From: Lytechinus pictus
Taxonomy: Eukaryota
Reading direction: 5' to 3'
NCBI RefSeq assembly: GCF_037042905.1
Contig: NC_087245.1
Location: 12,650,001-12,714,000, forward strand
Length of the DNA stretch: 64,000 bases
In this document: in pieces, positions 39,210 through 50,320 of the stretch
Layout of the letters: every line of letters starts with the position of its first letter
How positions within the stretch are numbered: the first letter of the stretch is position 1
The notes under the pieces: model-generated
Database searches by the model: none
The model's input: the letters and a program-made list of their open reading frames with translations, nothing else
What the model was told of the DNA's origin: nothing
Made by a program: the position numbers and the translations under genes

Positions 39210-41266
39210 GGCTTATTATAATCACTCGGGTCGCGTTCGAAATCACTCGGGTTTTGGATTTTTGGCGATTTTGCATCATCTTAAAGGCGCAAGTGCAATT
39301 AAAATGTAATAGAAGTCGCAAGCACGCGCGATGATTCGGAACATGTTATTAAAATGCTTTGGGGAGCTAACGTTTTCAAATCAATTTATTACTATCTTCA
39401 GAAATTAACTTTTGATAACCAAGAACAAATATAAAAGAAGCGGGGTCCGCTATCACCACGAGGTTGAAGAGAAGTGTCTATCATCATAAAGGAGGTAAGA
39501 GAGTAGTGCAGTGATGTCCGTCAGTAATACGACCTTTAAAAGTTCACGGCGGCGTCCGCTATCACCACGAGGTTGAAGAGAAGATATCTATCCTCGTAAA
39601 CATTGTCAGAGATAATACTGCGTCTTTCTCCCTGATTAATGCGACCTCTAAATAGCTAGCACCTCAAAAAAATCTTGAAATATGTTCTGAACGATCACGC
39701 ACTGTAACTAGATCTACGCCGATATTTTATATCCGATTTTTCCTTCAAGGGGCATAATCGAAGATTGGCAGGTGATCGCGCCGATTGTGGTAAAATCGGG
39801 TAAAATCGGGAGCCGATTTTAAAATCGGTTAATTAGAACAGGTACAATTACGATTTTAAAATTAATTTAAAATCGATTTCCAAAATCAATTTTAAAATCG
39901 ATCTAAGATCAATTTTAGATCAGTTTTAGTATTAGTTTTTAAAAGCCCATTCACATTTTTACTGATGCTGACGAAAAGTTAGTTTGGTTGTCAGAGCATT
40001 ATTTGTCCTGCGTCTAAATAACTATGTCCGATCGAAGGACCGTTTTAATTTCGGAAAGGTAGGAGAGACAGAGAGAGAGACTGATCCCCGTTCAGCTCAA
40101 CGTATACGTTTGGCACGCAAGCACAAAGAAGATCAATTAAGCACATCACCTAATGCAATGTTTCGAGAATTTAGGTAGGGAATTTTTTAGGTCTCCAGTT
40201 ACTTAAAACATGATATGGCCATTTTATCTATAAAATAAGACAAATTTTATGAGAAATGGACAATAGTTAAGAGCAGAATTTTAAAACGCCTATCGGAAAG
40301 ATTGTCCTCAAAGCTCATTACGTATTAGACAGCTGGCAGCCGTCTGTTTCGAGTTTTTTAACATTTTTTATTTCTCCTCGTACACAGACGGCTCGCTATG
40401 GTGCAACCATCATTACGGGGTTAACAATGCAAAATCCCCCAGACGGCGCTCATCGATTTTTGTCTTTATTTCATAAAAATATATGGAAAGAACTGTATCA
40501 AATAAATATTATTATTCCGTTTTGTCCTAAAATGCACCAAAAAAAGAGAAAATAAACTTAAAAGGGGAAAAACAGTAACTAATTGCTTCGGCTATCGCAC
40601 AACTTCACTTCCCCGTTTTATTGGAACTTAATGCATAAACATATGGCCATTGAGTCCCTGTACAGATCGAGCTAGAACTTCGGTCTCTGTATTGATGAGT
40701 GGAGCTGGTCTAATTACGTATATATGCATTAAACCACGGATGGCTGGCTATGCATACCGCTGAATAAAATACTTTCGGACGAGCTGCAGACTGACTGGCA
40801 CTGTAACGTGGGATCTAACTCGGCTGGACTCACGTTACCTTGCTCCATGCTACCGATGCACGCCGTGTCCGACCGTGGCCGGGTCCCGCCTTGGGGCCAT
40901 TGCATGCAGGCATACATGTCCGTACATAAGAATGACGATGTAATATCGATGTGGCAGATATGGCAAGTTCCGACTCGGAGTCCTCGTATAAAAACAGTAG
41001 AAGTCTGGATGTATTCTAGGATAGTTGAGCCACATGGCTTATTTGCTTGTTTGTTATGTTAAGCAGTAGGCGAGTGCCTTTTATTTAAGGCACTTGCCGG
41101 CTTAAAACGAAACTAGAGTTTGAATTTCATTTTATTTTCCCAGCGTGTTTGTCCCATTAAAGACACCGTTAGAAAAAAAAATCGCATCGAAATAAAAAAA
41201 ATCGCCAAAAATCCAAAACCCGAGTGATTTCGAACGCGAACGCGACCCGAGTGATTATAACAAGCC
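39210..41266. mobile_element. Nested TIR element, GG..CC termini with 8-bp TSD (Merlin-like by termini)
   Basis: TIR of about 60 bp ggcttattataatcactcgggtcgcgttcg..ggatttttggcgattt, TSD gtcacttc (39202-39209, 41267-41274), and an internal direct repeat of about 110 bp at 39445-39650. Confidence 0.85.
40326..40712 (-). mobile_element. TAGAC..GTCTA family copy 2, nested in 39210-41266
   Basis: Perfect 9-bp TSD attacgtat (40317-40325, 40713-40721) and a short subterminal deletion relative to the other copies. Confidence 0.9.
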
Positions 41267-42143
41267 GTCACTTCTTAGTTTTATTCTTATAAAACAACAT
41301 AAACATGAAATAATCTCATAAGCCTTATAAAAATTGCGAGCGCGAAGCGCGAGCGATTTTTTTTTTTACTTTCATGTATTTTGTCCTGAAAATTTAATAT
41401 TCTGGGTAATGTTATGTGTGATCCTGAATAAGATTCGTATGTAACTAGATGGTTACTGCGAACGCCAAGCACGAGCAGAATTTTTTATTAACTGTTCTAG
41501 CATTATCGAAAAGGGACCTGTTAAGGACTGCTTACAGTTACCCACGAAGAGGGTATATATTTCAATAATGCGAGCGCAAAGCGCGAGCAATTTTTTTTTA
41601 CATTCCGACCTAAAAAATTGTTATTCTAAGCACTTTTTGTATCAATAAATGGGATAGGTATGTAACTAAACAATTGATGCAAGCGCGAAGCGCGAGGGGA
41701 AGAAAATTGAGATTTTAGACCTAAAAGCGGGACACTCTATTCATATTTTGTAAATCATAAATAGGATATAGTTAATTGGGTATCATTAATAATGCGATCG
41801 TGAAGCGTGAGCAGACAATTATTGATATTCTGATGTGAGACTGGATAATCTAATTACATTTTAAATAAAGAACATGCAGGCTATCGCGCATGTTTTCGAT
41901 TTAGACTTGGGCATTCTGAATACATTTGTGTAATGGAACATTATGGAATACACGTAGACAATATGACCTTGGCAAATCAAACTATGTGACCAAGCAGCGT
42001 GAGCTTAAAATGGTGATATGTAGACCATAAAACGGACATTTTACAGAGCACTTAAATTTGTAAATGAAAAAAAAATAATGAAAGCTTGATGTCCGAGCGA
42101 AAATATGTTTTGTATATTGACTTAAAACTAGCTAGCTCCATAT

Positions 42144-42757
42144 TAACCCAGAGAGCTCCGGCCCGCATAGCGGGCCGGAGCCCAGACGCTCAGTGTGCAA
42201 ACGGGCATTCAGGTGAGAGTACCGTGAAGTTTGGTCAAAATAATTTTGATAATAAATAATTAAAACAGAAATTAAGCACTTACCACGATTGTATGGATGA
42301 TAGTCTAACGAGTGGCAGTTTCCTGACATCGAGGCACAGACTGGAACCTCAAAAAACGATCAGTTCTGTCGCGGTGGCTCTCCTTCTTTCAAAATTCATA
42401 GCAAAATGGCCGTTCGAGAGGGTGTAGGGCGCATGCGCGAATTTGACAAAGTCTATATGCGCTAGTGCTATACTAGCCTCGGTCTCGATCGGCCATTTTG
42501 TGTTGAATTCTGAAAGAGGAGAGCTACCGCGACAGAACTGATCGTTTTTTGAGGTTCCAGTCTGTGCCTCGATGTCAGGAAACTGCCACTCGTTAGACTA
42601 TCATCCATACAATCGTGGTAAGTGCTTAATTTCTGTTTTAATTATTTATTATCAAAATTATTTTGACCAAACTTCACGGTACTCTCACCTGAATGCCCGT
42701 TTGCACACTGAGCGTCTGGGCTCCGGCCCGCTACGCAGGCCGGAGCTCTCTGGGTTA
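42144..42757. mobile_element. Foldback MITE with near-perfect long TIRs (TAACC..GGTTA, AcademH-like)
   Basis: Arms are nearly identical over more than 230 bp (mirror ORFs 42132- and 42572+). 9-bp TSD gctccatat (42135-42143, 42758-42766). Confidence 0.92.
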
Positions 42758-42766
42758 GCTCCATAT

Positions 42767-43214
42767 TAGACAGCTGGCAGCCGTCTGTTTCGAGGAGTTT
42801 TTTAACATTTTTTTATTTTTTTAATTTCTCCTCATACACAGACGGCTCGCTATCGTGCAGCCACCATTAGGGGACTTGCAATGCAAAATCCCCCCGTCGG
42901 GGCTCTTCAATTTTTGTCTTTAATAAATAAAATTTTTGAAAATTAACGCGACCAAAATGCAAATTAATATTCCCTCTTGGCATTAATTGCCAAAAAACAG
43001 AGAAAAATCAAGTTAAAAGAAACAAAAACAGTGACTTACCTCGGCTGTTGCGCAAATTCACTTCCCCGTTTTATCCGCTCTTAAGTACATAAACATATGG
43101 CCATTGAGTCCCCTGTACAGATCGCGCTAGAACTTCGGTCTCTGTATTTGGTGAGTGAAGCCAACGGAGTTCAGCTGAACAACCAACACAACAGAGACTG
43201 AAGCTTTTGGTCTA
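42767..43214 (-). mobile_element. TAGAC..GTCTA family copy 3
   Basis: 9-bp TSD gctccatat (42758-42766, 43215-43223), shared with the adjacent foldback element. Confidence 0.9.
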
Positions 43215-43461
43215 GCTCCATATCAGCCTATTGGGCAAGATATGAATCTCATCGAACAGGCAAATCTGGCGCGAAGCGCAAGCAAAAATTTTATATAGTA
43301 ACATGAAAGATCTTTTTTTTGCAAGTCTTCCCCTCACATTATTTCATTCACTCGTCTTCCTCCTCTTATTTTCCTCTTCTTTTTTTTCTTCTTTTCCTTT
43401 TTTCTTTTCTTCTTTCTCCCTTTTTTCTTTTTTTTTGCTCTGCCAATTTTTTCAGGGGGGG

Positions 43462-46400
43462 CACATAGAACTTTCCCCATAGGCACACAGTAGACGGATT
43501 CCCTGCACGCTGATTGGCTGATCGCGCGACCCTCTTCCCTTCCTCGCCCAGCGCTGTGTGTGAGAATCTTTACACCGCGCGATCGGCTGACTCACGGAGC
43601 ACTACACTCTGTCGGGTAAAGATGCCAGCGTGTAGATTTCGGGCACATGTTCGGATGATATCGGCACTTCGGCAGGCAGGGTCCGAAGTCTAAGCAAAAA
43701 CATGTGGTTTTCATCGGGTTACGCAAGGCCGAAGGCCGCTTGCATAAATTGTATTTGCATAGAGTACAGTGCACAGCGTATATATAATGTACATGTATAC
43801 TTGTCTGTACTGAATTCTGCGTTGCCTCCGCGATAAATGAATTTCCTGATAGACTGCCTTTTGATTAGATGCTCGGCGCAGACTTCATGCATGTATATTA
43901 ATGTCCTACAAATTAACTTTGTTTTTTAATAGATTCATTTGATGTTAAAAAAGGGTGTAATTGGAGGATGTTTGAACTATAAAAGGCAGTACATTCTATA
44001 AGAGCATATATTTTGTATTTTTTGTGTGCTCACGAGAATTCATGTGACACTTTGTCTGGAGTGTGGGAGTGCTTCTAGACTAGCATGAGTCTACCCTGTG
44101 TATGTCTGGACAGGTTGTGTGTCCGGACGATCACTTTTAGAAAGTCATATAGAAAAATTTACAAGCGAAGTTTCTTCAATTTTTAGTACAAGATATTAGG
44201 AAATATTATAGAGAACAAGATGAGTACAACCATTGAATTCATACTTACAGTGTAATGCAAAGACGAAAAAGAAGCCTTAAAAAATAGTGTCCGGACGCCC
44301 AACCCCCCCCCCCCCCCACAACTACGAGAGTGAGAACGAATGTGACCTGATTGTGTGTTATAATTTTCATATTTTATTTGACTTAATTGTTGGTTTATAA
44401 TTCAATCATTTTTCATTAACTATTTGACAATTTTCTTTTTGCTGGACAATGTCATGAGTATTCAATATATTTTTATTTATGCACTTTTACTTGAGCTAGG
44501 CTGTGTCATCATTTTTCAGACAGGAATCTTAGCAATCAATTTTAACAGAAAATATTTTTTATCTAAAATGTATTTTACAGGAGATATCAAAGTGATTGTT
44601 TTCAGGAAGGTGGTTTAATCAACGATCTAAATGATTATTCAAAATTCACTATAGTCATATAAAATATATTTCTGTATTAAAAACTAATTTTCATTGTCAA
44701 TATATTGAGATTGATGAAACACATGTAAACATTGACTGAAAGGTTTTCAACATTATTACAGCTAGTATTATTGTTCTACTGAACAATTCTATAAAAATAT
44801 TGAGCTTTTAACTTTTTGTTTATTTCGTTCATGTTCATGAAAATATTCTACTTTTGTATTCTATTGGAAAATGAAATACTCTCGATCTCTCCCAATACCC
44901 TCAGTCCTAAATTTACAATAATTGGTTATCATTAATACCAATATTGTATAGGGTCTCAACGTGATGTCATTGTTTTGGTGTTTTTTTCCTCACTTCGATG
45001 TGCTGAAAAAATAGAAATTCCAAAAAAGGGTAGACTCCGATCTCCCTGCTCTAATCATGGACTAATAATCTGAATGCTGATGGTAATGTAATTTTCTTAC
45101 ACATTTTGAAACACGTTGCATAATATGGAATGTATATATTAGTTGACAAGAATATCTGACCTCTATAATATATCAAAGTGCACAAAATATTTTATGTAAT
45201 AGCTTTCAGGCTTTAACATGTCACAGCCACGGCAATGGTGACATTTCATGAAATAATTGTGAATGTATTTATGAAGATGTCGTCAGTACCTAACAATGTA
45301 AATAAGATACCACATGGGTTATGTAATGTTATCTGTGGTGATTGGGAAACCTATACCTTGTATCGGGAGGGGTACGTGATTCAATAGATCCCAAAAGAAT
45401 TCATATTCAACAGTATGACAATTAGACTCCATGAAGCATATGATGGAATTGAACAATTCATCGAATGATATGGATTTCAAGTTAATTGATTTGTCTAAAC
45501 GTTAAAGCTTGTATTTCGTCTGTTCATCCCTATAGATCTACACAAGTTGATATTTTTATTTGAATATCGTTGGGAATTTCGATGAATTATTTTTCAATTT
45601 CAATTGTCATTTTATATTTGAATAACGCTTCAAATAGTTATCTTTACAACGGCATCGGCCTAATTTGTAAGAGTACCTATTTATGAAATGAAAGTTTAAA
45701 TGTGAACGAGAACACTCGGCCCTAAAGCCGATGGCACGTGATCGAATTAGTATTGCTTGAAAATGATGTTTCCCGAATTCCCGTCATAGGGTGAAATTCT
45801 CTTCTGTAACTTTAAAACTGAACTTCTATTGAAATTTACTGAATCACTCACCTCTCCACACCCATGGTATAAGAAAACATTTCCCAAATCGCCAAAATTA
45901 AGATGTGAAGATTTATCAACCATCATCGTGATCAGCAGTGACAACATTCGCCTCGAACACCCCCCCCCCCAACACACACACATGATCTCAACATCCCCTC
46001 TCCATTTCTGGACCCCTTCCTCTTTCGCTCGATCGCTCTTTGCGACCCTAGCTCCTACCCCCCCCCCCCTTCTCTCTCTCGTACACTACACGCTGATGTA
46101 GAGTAGCAACAGTAGCTCCATAAGTGTGGTATGCAAAAAGAATTAGGCCTGTCAAACTACTTACAAGACATTTATAATCGTATATTTTAAAAATTATGTA
46201 TGCATTATTAAAACATTCGTGATCATGGGTGAACAAAGAACAATAAAAATCACCGGTGGATCGGGGGGGGGGGGGCACAGCCGGCCCGTGCGCATCCCCC
46301 CCCCCCCCCACCATTCAGAGGCACAAGTAAAATTTGTAATGTAAAAATAGTGGTAAACAGAAGCGTGCGCCCCCCCCCCCCCCCTCCGATAGTGAAGACC

Positions 46401-49314
46401 AAAATCCCCTTAATTATTTTTGGTTGAAACCCTTTTCTATTTTTTTTGTTTTGCTTGTCAATTTTTTCCTCGGGGAAAACGTGCCCTCCCCCTTTCGAAA
46501 AATCCTGAATCCGCTCCTGATACGAATGTAAATACTTTTAATTCATATTAAAAAGAAAATAATTGGATACGAATCATAAACTTTAACAGGAAGCTATTAA
46601 TTATGAAAGTTATATTTTATCCGAAATTGAAAAACATTTAATGTATTACAGAGAAGTTTGGGACCCCGTCTAATGAATGCAGATGTCCATTAATTATTTG
46701 AAGGCCTGCAAACAATTCATCTTGGGATTTCACGGACCGAGGGGCTATGGTCCTTACACCTCGGTCACATTTGCTCTACGGCGGCCGTACGGCGAGTCGA
46801 AACAGTCGTTTTAATATTGTTTTTGTACCAGCTACATTATACATGTAAGATTTAATTTGTACATGTAAGATTATGTACAATATAAAAATGAATAAAAATA
46901 CTGTTTTCGACTAGCCGTGCGGCAAATGTGACCGAGGTACGAGTCTGTCATCGACATGAAAAACAATGGTTGACAGAACCAAACACGCATTCAGAAAATT
47001 AAATCACAATTTCAAAAGATGTAGAAAGTATGGGGTAAATTTATTGATCAATTTGAGAATAAATCTGGCTTTAAGTAATTTCGTTGGACTTAATATCAAT
47101 CCTTTCCAGTTTTCTATTAAAATATGTTCTATAAAATTTGACGTCCTTAGTAGTCACATTTGCTCTACGGCGGTCGTACAGCGAGTCGAAAACAGCCGTT
47201 TTATTCATTTCTTTCAAACTATGTATACAACACTGGTACAAAATAATGTTAAACTGCCGTTTTCGACTTGCCGTACGGCCGCCGTATAGGGGAAATGTGA
47301 CTGGTGTAATAAACTGACATTAAAATAGTAAAGTTGATGCAGTTGCAAATTGTTAAAATCTTTATTAAAAGAAATCATGATATAATAGGGTTTGCTTACA
47401 CTTTACAGTTTGGCTTTGATTTATCTTGATGATTTTCATTATTCTTTTCATGATAATTTTTAGTTAAAACTATATTCCGTGAAAGTGAATGTCCTTCCAG
47501 AATTCCATGTTTTTAATAATTCATACTGAACTGGAAACTCTTATTAAAGGCAAATTTAATGCATAAGAATTTATTGAGCATATGATAATAATTCAAACAA
47601 TGCTGTTTACTACATGAATCCCATAGTAGTTTAAACAGTTTAATAAAGTGTTTAAAATCTGAAACAATCATGCTTTATTTATTGATAATTAAATATTAGA
47701 GTTTATAAAACTTTGTTGTTTATAAAGTTGTTAAACACTTAAAATGTTTAAACTACTATGCAATTCACATATTAAACAACGTTGTTTGAATTATATTTTA
47801 ACAATGAAACATAATACATAAATTAATTACAAATAAATCACAAGAATATTATGACCATACATATAAATAGCATTTTACAGTGCATCATTGTTAACAGAAA
47901 CTGTTTTTCGACCCTTCTCAGCATCATATTCATAACTTTTTTAAATTATTCACTTATTCAATTTTAAGTAAAAATAAAGTTGAAAGATTATCTCATAAGA
48001 CAATAAAATTGTTTTTATATCGTCTTGATTTAGTGATCCCCAATCCTTCACCTTCTTGAGCAGTTGTAAAATGCGATATGAACTTGTAGCTCTCGACCTT
48101 TGCTCCGTTTGGGTCTTGTGAACAACAGTCTTTCAAGCAGTGTCAGTCAGTCATCTTCGGATTATATGCTGTAAATTATACAATGAAAATAGACCATAGT
48201 TTTAACTTTTGAGTTTGATTTATTGCTAATGTCATAATTGGTCATTCAAAGATTTAAAAAGAAAATAGATAAGAAAAAGAACAGGGCAGGAAAATATTTA
48301 TGATTTTTGCAAAACAAATACTGAAGGAAACAAAATCAAAATCAATCTCCATCCATATCAATTTGGTACACTTCTGCACTTCAGTGATTATAATTTGCAT
48401 TATTTTTCAATTCAATTTCCTGTATTTTAGGGTCTAATTATTGATATCATCATGTCTCAAAAATTCCATTGACGATTGACTGTCCCTGGCCTTCCCGAAA
48501 AAAATAAAAACAGTGTCCAGTTTTAGAAGTTAAATCAGTATCGCGAAAGTTCCAACAAATAAAATGCCCAAACTTATATTCCTAAAATACTACGAGTATG
48601 ATATTCGCCATTCCATTAATACAAGCAGAGCTTCAATTTCAGAGCCATACACAACAACAGGTGCAGCTGCCATTCATTACATACACGCCCCAAGGCCGCA
48701 TGGCCGAGCTCACACACATTCCACAGCCATTCACGGACCATGCACGAACAACCGAGCGAAGCCCGATCACAACACAACGTACGCCATGCTTTATATACAC
48801 CATTGCGGACTAAGCACAAACACCACCGCAAAACAGTTCACAAAATAAACCTCGGTGTAGACGGTTTTCCGTATGTCGCTCTGTACCAATACATGTCGCT
48901 CACATACACTTTGCACACATTGACACACAGTAAACAACGAACACAGTCGTGCGATTTTCACTTCTCGACGGTAAATATCTTCAAAAATATGACTTACGAA
49001 ATGACGAGAAGTCCGCAAAATATCATCAGATTTTCCGAGGTAATGTAGCTACACCGTATGAAGAAAATGAGATTTTCAACTCGAAATCTTGAAGGAAATA
49101 CGTCGTGTTTAGTATGAGGTTGATCGGTGGTTCGCAGAGAAAATTCTCGCACTACATAGGTTTTGTATTATGGGAAAATATGCAAATGAGAGCCAAAACA
49201 CCCAATGAGATCACAGCTCAAGATTTGTGAATGAAACATGACGTCACGCACTACGCTGGCGATCGAACGAGCGTACTGCGCATGCGCGGGTTTCCTGTAC
49301 AATTCTTCTTTGTG
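43462..49314. mobile_element. Probable 5.85-kb DNA transposon relic nested in the hAT element
   Basis: It interrupts the host's G-run/gcac repeat, which is duplicated (ggggggcac) on both sides. Short TIR cacatagaa / ttctttgtg. It contains further MITEs (about 46251-46520, 46756-46940, 47150-47310, 47589-47793). Confidence 0.55.
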
Positions 49315-49799
49315 GGGGGCACCTGGGCCTGGGGGGGCACACCAAATCTCAGGGGGGGGGGCACGTGCCCCCCCAGGCCCCCCCGTAGCTACGCCACTGG
49401 GTAGCGTTGTGCCTTGAATTTACCGTGCACGGCGGCAGCGATGGCGATGCAGATAGCATTTCTAGCAACGAAACTAACGCGCGCGGACAATCTCACATAA
49501 ATAACCGTATATGGGACTGAGTAAAAAAGAGTTCTATTTTACAAATCGTCAATATCTCAGCATTTTGCTAGCGCATCCTTAAGTTAATGATAGATCATTT
49601 AATTCGAACGGACATAATATGCGGTTTTGAAGCTTTGTTTCGATTACACATATTCGTACCTGTTTTAAGGAGCATTTTCAAATTAATTTGAAGAACTATT
49701 TGGTCCCATCAAGCTAGACTTCACTTTCGTCAGTGCAGCTAGTGCATTATTCAGACGCTGACGTACGGTATTTTCTTTAAAAAAATAAAAATAAACCTC

Positions 49800-50055
49800 G
49801 GGATACCTAGGGAAGTTTCTGAATGTAGGCATGTTATGCCTCTAGCTCTGTATGCAGTTCTAGGTTTCCTCCTCAAGATGGCTGGCTCACTTGGTTCCGG
49901 GAACAGGGCTTTCGTAATCATATTTTATTGGCTCATTTTTCCAGCATCTATCCAGGGCAGCTTCAAAACTGTGCACACTTGGGGCATGCAGTGACAACTT
50001 CATTATTTAGGCTATTCCATGTCTTACGTATTATAACATAAAAAGAATTCCTATA
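49800..50055 (-). mobile_element. CR1-clade LINE 3' fragment
   Basis: Minus strand with one frameshift reads KTWNSLNNEVVTA-PSVHSFEAALDRCWKNEPIKYDY, a typical CR1 ORF2 C-terminus. It is followed by a short 3' UTR ending ctaggtatcccgaggt. Confidence 0.8.
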
Positions 50056-50320
50056 TTAAAAAAAATATATTTCTTTCGAGATGTGGGAAGGACCTGGAAA
50101 GGAGAGGGGAGAGGGGAGGGATGAGGTTGATGTTGGCTTAATTAAATTGCAAGGGTTTTTACACTTATGTAGTGGTGATGTTTGGCAATCCAGCCACCCC
50201 CCGGGTAACTTGAATGAATGATGTATATATATATTACTGCGTGTATATATGCTATGGTCTGTATATTTGTATATGTCATATATATTTTCATTTTATTTGT
50301 TACTTGTATTTTGTTGATAT

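Larger units (their letters stand above)
39034..49399. mobile_element. hAT-type non-autonomous element expanded to 10.4 kb by nested insertions
   Basis: TIRs cagtggcgtagcta / tagctacgccactg and a perfect 8-bp TSD ggtagcgt (39026-39033, 49400-49407). G-run/gcac subterminal repeats and gcgagcgcgaagcgcgagc motifs at about 41330-42110. Confidence 0.88.

Noticed and set aside
40729..41062. Overlapping GC-rich ORFs inside the 39210-41266 element
   Set aside because: No transposase or other motif is recognisable in any frame.
42132..42769. Two near-identical 65-aa ORFs on opposite strands
   Set aside because: They are a by-product of the foldback MITE arms.
45195..45390. Cys-rich exon-like segment (ALTCHSHGNGDIS*NNCECIY...) reminiscent of Ly6/three-finger proteins
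   Set aside because: It has several stop codons and too little motif support to call even a pseudogene.
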